Below, piece after piece: positions 12,600-25,186 of a DNA stretch of 64,000 bases. The first letter of the stretch is position 1, and each line of letters starts with the position of its first letter. The DNA lies in the NCBI GenBank assembly GCA_040285825.1, contig JAUPSS010000002.1, positions 3,162,001 through 3,226,000 on the forward strand, given 5' to 3'. Origin of the DNA: Eukaryota sp. TZLM1-RC. Lineage: Eukaryota > Protista > Metamonada: BaSk clade. Made by a program: the position numbers and the translations under genes. The notes under the pieces are model-generated. The model searched no databases and had not been told where the DNA came from. It saw nothing but the letters and a program-made list of their open reading frames with translations.

Positions 12600-13465
12600 A
12601 AAGCTTGTATGTGAGAATAAGTCATCAAATGCGTCGCTGTTTGTGACCATTGTGCCGCGATGGTTTGGATCATGAAGTTGAAGATAAAGTTGAAGCGTTT
12701 GTGACCAAAATGAGATTAAATCTGAATATGTCAAATGACGAACTTTATTTGAAAGAAACCTGTATTTGTTCTAATTCAGCACATCCCACTTTGTGTCACG
12801 CTCTGAAATGTCCCAAATTGGATAACTCATCGATCTTTATTGCATGATGTTGATAGAGACACTGTTTTAATATGGAAAGAAATACAAGAATCTCATGCAT
12901 TAAGGAGACTTTGCGTAGAGAAACACTATCATGAAACAAGTTTGGTTCTCATGACAGAAAGGATGTATACTGTGTTTGTGATGTCTCTGATGTTATTGGT
13001 GATTTTGGCTATTGTAATGTTGCAAATGATCCTTTGGTTCAAATAAGGAAACTTAATCCTGTAAAAGATCTTAAAAATAAAGCTAATGAAAAACGTATAA
13101 ATTTTGACAAAGATTTGTAAGAAGCTAATACTAATAGAAGCAGACCACTTGTTTTTATTGCTTTCCCATTTTCTATAAACAAAAAACTATCAATACAAGC
13201 AGGGACTTTTTTGAATGCTCTCCAAAAAATGGTTCAAGAACAAACAATGAAGAGATTTGATGTCTTTTGGTGGCGGTGGTAAATTCAAATCGCTACAATT
13301 CAGAGATTACCTCAGTTTTCTTATTGAATAAGAGAAGCCGTTGGGAGAAAAGATGCAAATTAGAATTTTTTTAGAAAATATTGTGGTTCATTGAATTGAG
13401 ACCCATTAGTTCTAATTTGAACTTATCAGGTGTTGTTGCTAAATAAGATTTTTACCAAAAAAGAA
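12600..13465 (+). mobile_element. Degraded CRE-like non-LTR retrotransposon 3' part (second subfamily)
   Basis: KMRLNL...CICS...HALKC, LHDVDRD, VFIAFPFSIN...FDVFWWR; homologous to 50551-50796; A-rich end. Confidence 0.7.
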
Positions 13466-13479
13466 AAATCAACATTAAA

Positions 13480-13900
13480 CTCTGAAACAATTACATGTAC
13501 ACCATGGTTTGTTTTCTAGAATTTGATCTATTCTACTGAACAAAAATTCAATTTTGAAAAACGGGTATTCATGTGATTTGGAGTCATGAGACAGCTGATA
13601 CTTTGAGAACATGGCTTGTTCCTCATTTACACGCATGAGTTTTGCTAAAAATGATCAATGCAAGAACGCCACATAATGTCCATAACAGAATGAATTAAAT
13701 CTCATGCAGATATAGCACAATTGTTGAAACGGGTTGTCCATTATACACTAGAACTTTCGTAAAAAGCGATACATCAAGCATCATATCAAGAAATCGTCAG
13801 AACAAGAATTGATTTCCAGTGAAGTCAACATGAATGTGCTTTTTTGGTAGCAATTTATACCTATTAGAAACCTATCTTTTACCGTTTGCTGAGGCAAAAA
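13480..13900 (-). pseudogene. Possible MULE/SWIM transposase remnant
   Basis: Minus-strand fragments KHIHVDFTG and KPWCTCNCF; many stops. Confidence 0.3.
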
Positions 13901-14688
13901 TAGTCACTAATTAAGAAAGATTTTGATGTATGATCAGCATCCACAGATTCAAGTAGCTGTCTGTTATAATTCAAATATACGAAACAATACATCGCATAAT
14001 TCTCATTTTGGATTAAAAAATCTTAAGTACAAGCATGCGTATTCATTTATATTTTGTCCAAAATTAAATAAGTCATGATAAAAAGAAACTGAATTTGAAA
14101 CTTTAATAAAATACTTTTGAAGAAGCTGTTCAAATATAACTTCACAAATAGAACTGATGTGTTTTGTTACCGTTCTTGATACGTTTTCACCTCATTGTAT
14201 AGACGAAACTGGTCTGCTTGCTTCCTTGTTATATTTGCTTTCATTATTTGAACATAATTTTTTTAGGGATTGTTGCTTTTCGTGCACTCAACATAAACAA
14301 TAAATACAGAAGTTTAAGTACATGATGACGTGATTACGTTCCTAAAGAGGCAAGTCGTGAATTTCACAGAAAAGTATTAAAAGTGTTCAATTAACTTTTC
14401 AGGACCAAAATTTTTTTGGAAATTGTTCAAACAAAATAAGCTTGCACCAATAATTTTTTTCTAGCAAACAAAATTCCAATCAGCTTTTGCAATTCAAAAG
14501 ATGAGCTACTTAACACCTATTTGCAAACTTTGGTTAGTGGTCGTTTTTAATGTCTGCTTAAAATAAGAGATCTCAACTATTCGTTAAATGTAAAATTGTA
14601 ATGGTTAATAAATCATGTGGAAACTTGTTTATTTATTTATTTTGGAAATATGAATATTTGCACTTTATTTCAAACAAATGTAACAATT

Positions 14689-15920
14689 TTAGCATTGAGC
14701 TGCAATTTCGTCAGATGTAACTTCCCTTTCTCCAGTCACAGAGTATAACTTCTGTTCACCGTCGACCATCATTTCAATGCTGATAAGATAGCCTTCATTA
14801 TTCAAGCACCACACAGTAGTACCATAAGTGTAGAGGGTACAGACTCTTTGCCAGGTGCTAAATCCCCTAGTTCTGGTAATTTGGACGGTATCACCTCTCT
14901 CAGCATCAGGATGCACTGTGAGTGTATCGAAGACTGTTTGAGACATAGAGGAACATAACCATGTAGGACTACCATTGAGACACTTTTTGGAATCTGTACA
15001 TAGGTGTGTGTCTCCGTCAAAGTGATTTGATATCCAAATATCACGAGCATCAATATCGATCATAAATTCATATCCATGGAAAAAGTCTCGGCCGTAAAAT
15101 CTACGAATCTTCTGAAGATCTTTTGGTGGAAGATCTGGATCAACTGGATCATCTGGATCAACTGAGCATTGGTCTGTAATTTCGTTGGATGTAACTTCCC
15201 TTTCACCAGTGATGTGGAAGGTCATTTCTTCATTTTGAAACCAAACGTTGACGGTGGCGAGATAGCCACCAGAAGTCAAACACCACTCAGTTGAACCATG
15301 GGTATATTTAGTGCATGTTCTACTATAAGTGTTTCCTCCGCGAATTTCGGTAATAGTAACCGTAGAACCTCTCTCAGCATCAGAATTCACTGTGAGTGCA
15401 TCTAAAACTGTTTGAGTCATGGAGGAACATGTTGATGTAGGACTACCATTGCGACACTTCTTAGAATCTGTACATAGGTGGGTATCACCATCAAAGTGGT
15501 TTGAGATCCAAATATCACGGGCATCAATGTCCACCATGAATTCATGGCCCAGGAAGAAGTCACGACCATAGAATCGTCGAATCTTCTGTGGGCTTTGATA
15601 AGGCTCATCTGCGTCCAAGGCCGCAATAGCTACAATGACAAATATACACAAGACCAGTAGGGATCCACCAACAATCCCTACGATGATCCAGGGATTGGTA
15701 CGTTTTCTTTGATTAGTTTGTCAGTCGATTTAACATACTTCGATTGGTAAGAGGGTGGATAGCTTTGTTGCATCATTACGGGTTGTTGTTGAACTGGTTG
15801 AGCTTGTTGAAGCACATGAGTTTGGGATTGCATCGGAACAGCTGTCTCACCTGTACCTTGTACTGCAGCAGGGTACATGGGCTGGTTCTGATGGGACTGG
15901 GGTTGGGTAGGATGATTCAT
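14689..15920 (-). CDS. Single-pass membrane protein with two tandem Cys-rich domains; intron 15707-15738
   Basis: A 32-nt intron at the same position as in the paralog; the 5' part and ~110 bp upstream are near-identical to 11.65-12.18 kb. Confidence 0.85.
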
Positions 15921-16409
15921 GATTGAAAGAAGTAAAATATTTGTTTCAATGATCCTTTTTCAAAAGTCCAAAATTCTTTCCTTTTTTGGACCCTTTTTCT
16001 TCATGATTGATCAGTGAATATCGAAACTTCGCTTAACATTACTTCAGTCTGCGTGGCATTTCCTTCAACACAAATTAGAATCAAAGTCAATCAACCGAGC
16101 ACATTCATATACTACCACGACGAACATTTCATGGATTAGTATTGATTCAAATAATTTTGCAAGTGAAGGATGTTGAAGGCTGAAAGAAGAAATTGATATT
16201 ACAACTCTGTCATCAGTCTGCAATGGATAAGGCAACTTGGGAAATATACAGAATCAAGCACTCCTTTCTACTACGGGAAGGACGTTGATCGTTCTACCAA
16301 TGCTGTCCCAACCAATGCATCACAACATTGTCCTAGACAGCTTGAATAATATTGAAATGAGGAAGGCTTAATGTGGATGATGTCAAAATCTTTAGTTGTT
16401 TCTTGTTAG

Positions 16410-16490
16410 AAATCCGACCTGTCAGAAAAGCCCCCACCCAATGGCTGACAGGTCACCTATCTAAATAGGGTCGGCCGACCCAAATCCGAC
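16410..16490. repeat. GC-rich triple hairpin/palindrome cassette
   Basis: GACCTGTCAG/CTGACAGGTC (16416-16454), CCTAT/ATAGG, perfect palindrome GGGTCGGCCGACCC (16468-16481); bracketed by AAATCCGAC direct repeats. Confidence 0.75.
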
Positions 16491-16610
16491 TCAAGCCAGA
16501 TTCAATATTTCAACTCCTTCTCTATGATGATGTGATTTGGCGCTATTTTTCAAAAATGGAAACAAGTGAAGAAGAAGAGTGGGAGACTTTGGTAACAGTA
16601 ACAGTTGAAA

Positions 16611-16796
16611 GGTAAATCGAGCTGATGCTGCTGACCACTAATAGAGTTACATTGGATAGGCATTTGATACCATTGTGATAATTAGCAAACAATTTGAAAT
16701 GGCAATCACCATGTCAGACATCTCTCAGCGAGATTCTCCTGACAGTTCACATTTTTCTAACATCATGCAGCGAAACGATGAAAAGGATGACGAGGT
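16611..16796. repeat. ~190-bp block shared with 37354-37543, upstream of exonuclease loci
   Basis: Clear nucleotide similarity from GGTAAATCGAGCTGATG to GACGAGGT. Confidence 0.85.
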
Positions 16797-17800
16797 AATG
16801 AACCATAAATGAATACACAAATAAAATAGAGAATTACAACATCTGTTTGCAGATCAAATCATTAAAGTTCGTTTTTCCACAAATCCATTCAATGTCATAT
16901 ATTTTCTTTCTCATGCTCCTCATGTTGATCTTTCTTCATGTTGTTTTGTTATTGTTTATTGCTATTGTTCTTGTTTTTACAGCTCTACTACCCCCACTAC
17001 TTCTGCTACTCCCACCAGATTACATCTTTTATTGAAATTGATATGAATATTGATGCAGAATTATTCTCTAACGAGGAAACTTTGCTTCGTAGATTTTGAA
17101 ACCTTATTGGCAATTATCAACCACAATGTTTATTGAATCACAATTTAATCAAATTTGATTTAGAAATATTGAAAAATCGATTCAATGAATATATCTATGC
17201 ATTTTCCACTGTTTCAAAAAATCCAATGGTGGATGTACTCAATCAACTTTCACCAAGATGGAGAGAAGTTGTCATCAGGGAAATTGGCTTTAATCTTTGA
17301 CATACTCTGGTTTTTGCCAACAAATTTATTGGAATACCCTACGGATATGGATTACGCAACCTGGCATATAGAATGATAAATGAAAAGAAAATCAAACTTC
17401 ATCAGGAATTTTCCCATTATTGACAAATTGATTGTTTAGCTGCTTCCTTTATGGTACAAAATTCAATTCAATATGGGTTTTTTGATTGTATTATTTGTCT
17501 GAAACTTTTCGTGCAGTTTCAAAAAGACAAATTCATTTTATCATCTTATAAAACCATTCGAGCAACCGTCAACTCAATGGTTAAACAATCAAATGTGATA
17601 CTCAAATTGAGAGAAACTGCTGTAAAATTTCAACAATTACGTATTCACACCACATGTTGCTTAAAGCTGTATTCACAGTCTTGTTTTGAACGTAATTTTA
17701 AACCACCACGAATATCTGCCCAATTATATGAATCATTAATGGCCAGAATTCGTTATATTTCAGCTGAGTATTATGGGCAAACAATGGTAAAATCAAAAAG

Positions 17801-17954
17801 TAATGGTCTTGGCTGTTGGTTATTGTCTGACATACAATATGGAGTAACAGGAGTGTAATTTATTACGAAGAGGAATTGTATTCTCTCTTCTTAAGCTAAC
17901 AGGCGGAATACTAATAACTAAACTATTAACTATAAATACTATTCAAGACTAACA
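17801..17954 (-). repeat. 3' LTR of element B
   Basis: Matches 25033-25186; starts TGTTAG after the PPT. Confidence 0.95.
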
Positions 17955-20900
17955 CTGCCTTTTCCTCTCTTTCGAGCGACGAGCCCTGGAAGCTCTAGTC
18001 ACAGGAGGTGAGTTAATGGAATTATGACGCTTCTTGGGAGGAGCGGATTTAGTACGGCGACGTGCTTTTGAAGTCTTGATAAAGTCTTTATACGCGGCAG
18101 TATTTTGGACTGTAGACACATGCTCAGTGGTGATCTCTTTTCCCGGCCATTGCACTTGGCAAAAGTCACCTTCCTGACTGAGCACTTTTTCAATGATGTG
18201 TTCTTCGACATCACCTGCAGCGACCCAGGAGTGGAACTCATCGTTGGTGGGCAAGCTGGAGTGCCAGGGTGCTAAATGTTTGACGCTAGCTTGGATAATC
18301 GTACCTGTCCAGAGATTCTGAATATTCACAGACGAATTGGATACGATTTCGGTAATTAGGAAGGGTCCTAAATAGTCTCCGTGAAGCTTAGCGGAAGAGC
18401 CAGATGCTCTCAATACCAATTGACCAACTTCAAAAGGGTTTGGAGTTGACGATCTAGTTAGCTTGGAAGCTTTGGAAGCTTGATGGTGTGCTGCCTTTTC
18501 CTGTTTCTCTTTCAATCTTCGAAATTTAGATTGAATTTCTTGAATAAAAGATGACTCAGACGTCGAGCTTTCAATGATTTCAAGAATTTTGCCAGGGTCT
18601 GATCTGGGAGACAATCTGAGCCAAAGATCACTTGGTATGGGGTGTGGTTGGTAATTGAGCTCTTGGAAGAGTTGATCAATAATTGCACATAAGGCAAGTA
18701 TTCAGACCACACATCGTAGGCATTGGAGTCTACGAGCAATTTCCGTAGGTTTTGCAGGATGTCTCTGTGTCAGCGCTCTACCAGGCCGTTGGACGGAGAA
18801 AACCTAGGTATTGACTTTGACACCTCTATGCCTAAAAATTTGCTTAGTTCGTCAAAGACAGCCTTGGAAAATTCGGGTCCATTATCGCTGTGGATTTGAA
18901 ATGGAATACCGAAGATGGCACAGACTTTCCAGATTAATGCATCTGCAGTAAGATTAGCGTTTATTTTTTTTAGAGGCACGATGATCGTGAACCTAGAGAA
19001 GCTGTCGATAAATACAAGGATGTATTTGTAGCCTTCTTGATCTTCTGGAAGAGGACCAATAACGTCGGCGTTGACGCGAGCAAAAGGTCTGTCAGCCCAC
19101 AATGAACCGGTTGGGGGAACATGCAGTTTGGGAACTGGCTTTGTTTTCTGACAGGAGGGGCATTCTTGGACGTGCTTATTCATGTCGGTGAGCATGTTTG
19201 GCCACCAATAATCGCTGTTCCTGAGCTTGTTGAGGCTTTCAGCTTTGCTTGGATGGCCTCCTTGCAGAAGTCCATGCAACAAGTTAAGGGTGTCCTTAAT
19301 GAGTGATTTGGGAATCACTATCTTGTTGTCGTGAGTCATATATAAATCAAGATGATTGTTATGAACACAGTTGTGAAGGAGGGGTCTTTGGAAGCTATGG
19401 CAAGCTTCTGTTCGGACCTAATCCTACAGAGCCATGGCTCGAAAATAGGCAGGTCGTTGGAACATCGTTCTCTGATGACCATGATACGTTCGAAGTTGTT
19501 TAAATCTTCGATGTAGTATCTTTCATTTTCTGTTCCATCAATTTTATCAATGTAAAATATTGGATGAAAATTTGGAGGCATTTGATGGGACAAATGATTG
19601 ATCTCTTGATGGTCTATAGGCGGAACTATTCGAGACAACATATCAGCCCAGAAGTTACCTTCCCCTTTGGTATGTACCAAATCAAAGCAGAATTCAAAGA
19701 ATATGGGTAACCATCTTGTTACAATTCTGTTCTTTTCAGGAGCCGTGAACATGTAGGTAAGGTTTTGATGGTCTGTGAATATAACCAGTTTCCTTCCTTT
19801 CAATTAGTTTTCAAAACCACTTTGAGTTAACATGAGTAGGATAGCATAGAGTTCCTTTTGGTTTGTCGGCCAGTTCTTTTGCGAGTTGGTTAACAACCGG
19901 CTGAAGAAGCTGATAGGCCTACATTTCCTGTTGATCAGGGGGGTACCGGGGTCGACTTGTTCGATTTGTTCCCATATGACGCCGCCTACAGCAATGTCGG
20001 ATGTATCGCAACTAATTAAAATTTGGTTTTCCAGCGGAGGTAAGCTGAGCGGCATGTGCTTCGCTATCAGTTGTTTGATCTTTTGAAGGAGTCCGTCGTG
20101 CATGTCGGTCCATTGAAGGCGTTGCGCGCGGGGTTTGGGTTTAACGTTGGAGTTATTTCCATCCTTCTTAGTCAATCTGATGATAGGAGCGATGAGCTCA
20201 GATACCTGAGGAAGCCATTCTCTAATGAAGTTGACTGATCCTACCAGGCTGCGGACGTCTTTGATTGTCTTTGGTCTAGGTAGATTCAGCAAAGATTCAA
20301 CGCGAGTGGGATCGATAGTCCGTTGTTTGTTTTGGAAAACACTGCCCAGTATCTTGATTGGGTGTCTGGAAGACACGAAATGGCACTTTGGAAGTCCCAA
20401 GGAAACTCTTTTGCATCTGGCTTGATCAAGGACGCGACGGAGGCGTTCAATGATTTCGTCAAAGGTTGAACCTACGACTATGATGTCATCTATGTAAATG
20501 AAGACACCGTTTTCAGAGAAGATGTCAGCCATGACGTTTTGGAAAACGGCTGGGACATTCTTTAGGCCAAAAACTGCACGTTTGAACATGATGCTTTTGC
20601 CAGGAATGCTCAAGGCTGTTTTCTGTCAATCCTTTTCAGCAATCTTGAGTTGCCAAAAGGCTTTGCGGAGGTCAAGGGTGCCTATGTAGTTCGCTTGGGA
20701 GAGAAATACCAGCACGTCGGAGATCCTTGGAAGGTTGGGCTCAACAGGAATGGTGTTGGCGTTGACTCCGTCCTTGCCACTATAGTCACCGGTAAGGCGG
20801 GGCTTTCGGTGATCTGGGTAGACCACTAGACAGACAGGGGAGCTGAACTCATGGTTCGATGGGACAGCGAATCCTGAGTCTACGAGTTCGTCGAAAATTT

Positions 20901-23900
20901 GGTTAGCGACCTCTAGGCTGGCTGGATTCAGGGTCCTGGGGGGTCTTCTAACTCTGACGTCTTCATTGTAGAAGTTGATTTCCATGGGAGGGCAATCAAT
21001 ACCTTCAGCATGAGGCTTGAGGGTAAATACGTCTTCGAACTCTTTCAAAGTTTGAAGTAGGGACTTCTTGAAATGGTCGTTGTCGAGGTTGATGGTACAA
21101 CCAGATGAGTTGATGTGTTCCAACCAACGTGTGGAAACGTTGACGACTTCTGAAGCTTGTGATATTCGATGATCGAATTCGGTTTCAGGTAATAGTAATG
21201 TGCGACAGGCGTCGTCCATTCTAATATAAATGCCCTTGTTGTTCATCAGTCCAAGGTGACTCAGCAAGTCAGCACCAATGAGAATGGTCTCATGTCCAGG
21301 AACGATGCTGAACTTGTGTTTCACATGTACAATCTGGGTAACACTGCCTAGTCTGATGCTAAGGGTTCCAGAAGCAGTACCGAGGGACTGTGAAGTAGTT
21401 CCATCAGCAATCTTGTAGGATATGGTTTCGTTGGAACGTGCCATGTTACAATTACTGATGACGTCTTCCGTTACTACTGAGCATGTTGCGCCAGAGTCGA
21501 TTATGCCTTTAACTTCGACATTGTTGATCGAGAAGTTTAATTGTAGGCAGTTGGTTGTGGACTTTATGGATTGTACCATAAATATTGTATCAGAGTCATA
21601 TTCAGCTTGTTCTGAGAAGAAATTAGCTTGAATGTTGTGTGTCTTGGTATGTTCCAAGTTGGCCAAAGGATTGATTAGGGAATCTTTCCATGTTGTGTTT
21701 TCTGTGTGGGAAAGTGTTGTAGTTGTAGGGGGTATGGTTTCAAAACTGCGTAAATAGTGACGGGAACGTTTATTATATGATGAAGAGCCTCTGCCTCTGC
21801 CGCGAGTGCCTCTTCGACTACGGAAACCAGAACCTCTAGAACCTCTGCCTCGAGCTTGTTGTTGAGCTTGTTGCTCTCTCCACTTTTTGCTTCTTTGGCA
21901 GTCCTCACTAGGGCACCTTTCAGTCGGATGACCCATTTGTTTACAGAAATTGCATTGGACGTTGGGATCAGACTGAGTGGAAGACGGTTGAGTAGAGCTT
22001 CCTTCTCGTCGTGGTTGTTTTGGGCGCCTGCCAGAGCTGGAACCTCTTGATTTGGGGATAGCAGGGGGAGAAGGTACCGTCTGTCTGCGACGGCTCTCAG
22101 TCTGAAACGAGAATCTATTTTGATACAAGAAGTCCACGTGATTGATCTGCTCCTTAAAAGATCTAGCATTACAGAAATTTTCGTATTCTATTTGGAGAAC
22201 ACTGAAAAATTCTCCTAGGGTGTGGCCATCTGAGTAGTAATGGGAGGATTGGACCAGATCCTGAAGAGTCTGTCCCTGATGATGGTAATACCGATGCTTT
22301 CAATGACACGAGAGGCAATTTCCCATTCAGGAAGTCGGTCGACGGGGTTTCCCATTGATGTTTCTCATTTGATGAGTCAGACTACGAACGTCTTGGATAG
22401 CGGTGGAACGCGTTAAGACTCTGCCTATGTTAAGCATGAAGTCTATCCATCTGTTACCATAATCTCTCTCAGACCAATCCATGTGTACAGCATGAAGTGC
22501 GTCCAGGGCTTGATCCAGTCTACTGAATTGGGTTCTCCTTAGGATCTGTTCCCAAATGTTGCGTTCGTCTCTGCTGGTTGGGACCATGGCTGAGGAAATT
22601 GAAAGGCCAGTGCCTTGATACCTTAAAGCGTTGAGAGCTTCAGGTGTAACGCATTCAGCTAAACCTCTGGGACTAATGCGCATGGCAGATCTGAAGAGAT
22701 CCCATTCATGAATTGGTTCACTGTCGAACCGTTGGTCAGATGCCAGTTCTGCTGATCTCGCTAGTTCAAGTTCTTCACGAAGTCTAGCAACTTCGCTGGT
22801 TAAAGCAACTTGGGCAGGATCCTCGATGTTGCCTCGAGCCTCGTCTACAATTCTATCCGTACGACTCCAGAGGATAAACTTGTTAACAAACTTGAGGAGT
22901 TTATCAACATCTCTTAAATCAGTCGCGTCGAGAGTTGGACGTTTGGGGCGGTCTCTGTGTCTATTGTCTCTATCTCTTGATCCCACCATGGAAGATAGGA
23001 AAAGGTTACTATCGTAAGTACCTGAGAAAGTAGAACGTGAAGAACTAACCGTGGAAGGTGTTGGTTCAGCCGCCTGTTGTGAACTTGTTGAACCAGTGGC
23101 AGGAGGTGTGGGTGGAACCAATGATTGTTCCATAGGCTGTGCAGGTGCTGGAGTTTGTTCCATTGGTGCTAGCACAGTTGGAATTGAGTCAGGAGTTGGG
23201 GACTCATCACTGACTTCTACTACAACATCCTCTTCAGTTTGTTCCATGGGAGGATTATGCGAGGGTTCTGTAGAAGTTTCCATAGGTTGATCTGCGGAAG
23301 GTGGAACTTCACGTTGGTGAGGTTCAGGAGAAGGTACTATCTCTTCAATCTGGGCTGGAACCTGATAAGAAGAGATCACTGGTTGAACCAAGCGTGTTTT
23401 CTCTATACGACCTTCTACCATTACCCACTTTAACATCCTGGATTCTATGCATCCAGGGAAAACGGTGACGAGCTGGAGGGCTCTTTGAAGATTACCTGAT
23501 CTTCTGTGGTCAGGACCACAATATGAAGCTATATGGTCAGTACGTCTGTCGTAAAGGAAGAGTCTTTCACCATATGTGGTTTCGGTAAACCACCACCCTG
23601 TTCTATAATCTCTGTCGATAAGAATATCGAGAGATGCGTTGTACCCAGGGCTGAACCTAGGGTATGGGCATGGGTTATGAACATTTATGAAGAGGTTGTC
23701 TTCATCTCCAGCGAAGCGTCTGAATACTCCTTCTCGAGTAGTTCTCATGAACCTAACTCCGGGTCTTGGGTCGTAAGTTGGTTCCGGGTCATTCCTGGAG
23801 GTTTCTGGGGTGATCCTGTCGTCGGAAAGAAATGGACCTATTCTGGGTGAGATCCATAATCCTAAGTCGTTCTCGACTTTGGGACCGTAGAAAGGAGGAC

Positions 23901-25065
23901 GTTTGTTGCTCATCTCCGTGGGAGGGATGGCTTCTGGATCCTTTGGAATGACTCGTGTGTCCCTATATCTAGCGTAAGGGTTGTGCTGACGGGAAGCACC
24001 ATGATGAACACTTGAGCTAGCGTAGGAGCTAGTTTGAGAAGGGGTAGGTTGAGCCTGTGTAGAGGATGTTCCTTTTCTAGCTTCAATCTCTTTATCCAGT
24101 CTTTTTCTGTGTTCCCAGTTTCGTTCTTCTTGAAGAACACGCTCTACATATTCTTTAGAAACCTCACCAGGAATTCTGTCAATTTCAGATGCAGGTGCCG
24201 TGGAAGGGACCTGATGTTGAGGTAGAGGAGAGAATTCCTTGGGAGGTTCCTCGTACTCTACCAAATCTGAAAAGATTTGTTCGTACCTTTTCCTTTGCTC
24301 TTCTTAAAAATACGAAGGAAGGTCCGAAGTGCTAGGAATGGAATCACTAGCCTGGTGAGGGGAAACAGACAGATTGTTAACTCCACTAACTGTTGAAGTT
24401 AGAGGAGATCCTGAAGTTGGAACAGCAGGATTTTGAATATTCCTCCTAACAGTTGGAACTGGAGGGAGGAGCTGTTGTGGGTGGGAGGGTGGAACCTCAG
24501 AACTGGATGAAAGGGATGAAGATGGTACTTCAATGGCCTTTGTAGAGGAGGAAGAGGGTTGATCTTCCAATCCTTCCTTTGACATGAGAGAAGGTTGAAC
24601 AGTCTCTTTGTTCTGAATGGAAGGTGAAGGTGGTACTTCAGAACTACTTTCTTGGAGGGGAGAAGGTGGGACTTCAGATGCCCTCAAATGTGAAGGAGGA
24701 AGAGGAGCAACGGAATCCTCAACATCTTCATCGTCGTAGGAGACTAATGAAGGGCTTCTTCCTTCCGAAGGAAAAGAATCCTTAGAAGTGTTGTCTCCTT
24801 CCACAGGAACGGAATCCCGAGGAGAGGAACTTCCTTCCATTGGAACGGAATCCTCAGGAAGGGAACTATCTTCCCTTGGGGTAGAACCCTCAGGAAGAGT
24901 TGCTTCAGGAAGCGCAGAAGCTTCAACCGAAGAGGGGAGCACGGAAGCAGGGTCTGTGGTTAGTGGTGAGGAAGAGGGACCAGTCTCATCCTCAAGGATC
25001 CTACGTCGAGCCTCTGGGGACCCACTACGTATTGATGGTCTTGGCTGTTGGTTATTGTCTGACAT
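17949..25065 (-). pseudogene. gag-pol of element B with several nonsense codons and frameshifts
   Basis: ORFs 24304-25065 and 22327-24264 share a frame across one TAA; 20626-22137, 19804-20613 and 19336-19803 share a frame across single stops. Confidence 0.9.
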
Positions 25066-25186
25066 ACAATATGGAGTAACAGGAGTGTAATTTATTACGA
25101 AGAGGAATTGTATTCTCTCTTCTTAAGCTAACAGGCGGAATACTAATAACTAAACTATTAACTATAAATACTATTCAAGACTAACA
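25033..25186 (-). repeat. 5' LTR of element B
   Basis: TGTTAG...CCATCA on the minus strand; contains the first gag ATG (25065). Confidence 0.95.

Larger units (their letters stand above)
17801..25186 (-). mobile_element. Full-length Ty3/Gypsy chromovirus-like LTR retrotransposon B, 4-bp TSD AAAG
   Basis: 154-bp LTRs at 17801-17954 and 25033-25186 (1 visible mismatch); TSD AAAG at 17797-17800 and 25187-25190; PPT 17955-17973; CNFCKQMGHPTERC, IDSGA, YIDD, RH, IN and chromo motifs. Confidence 0.95.

Noticed and set aside
17405-17425. GGAATTTTCCCATTATTGACA as a left TIR matching the Fanzor right end
   Set aside because: It lies inside the exonuclease-Fanzor reading frame, which aligns with copy D across this point; no TSD.
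22826-25090. Plus-strand short ORFs within element B and similar antisense ORFs elsewhere
   Set aside because: Shadows of the real opposite-strand frames.
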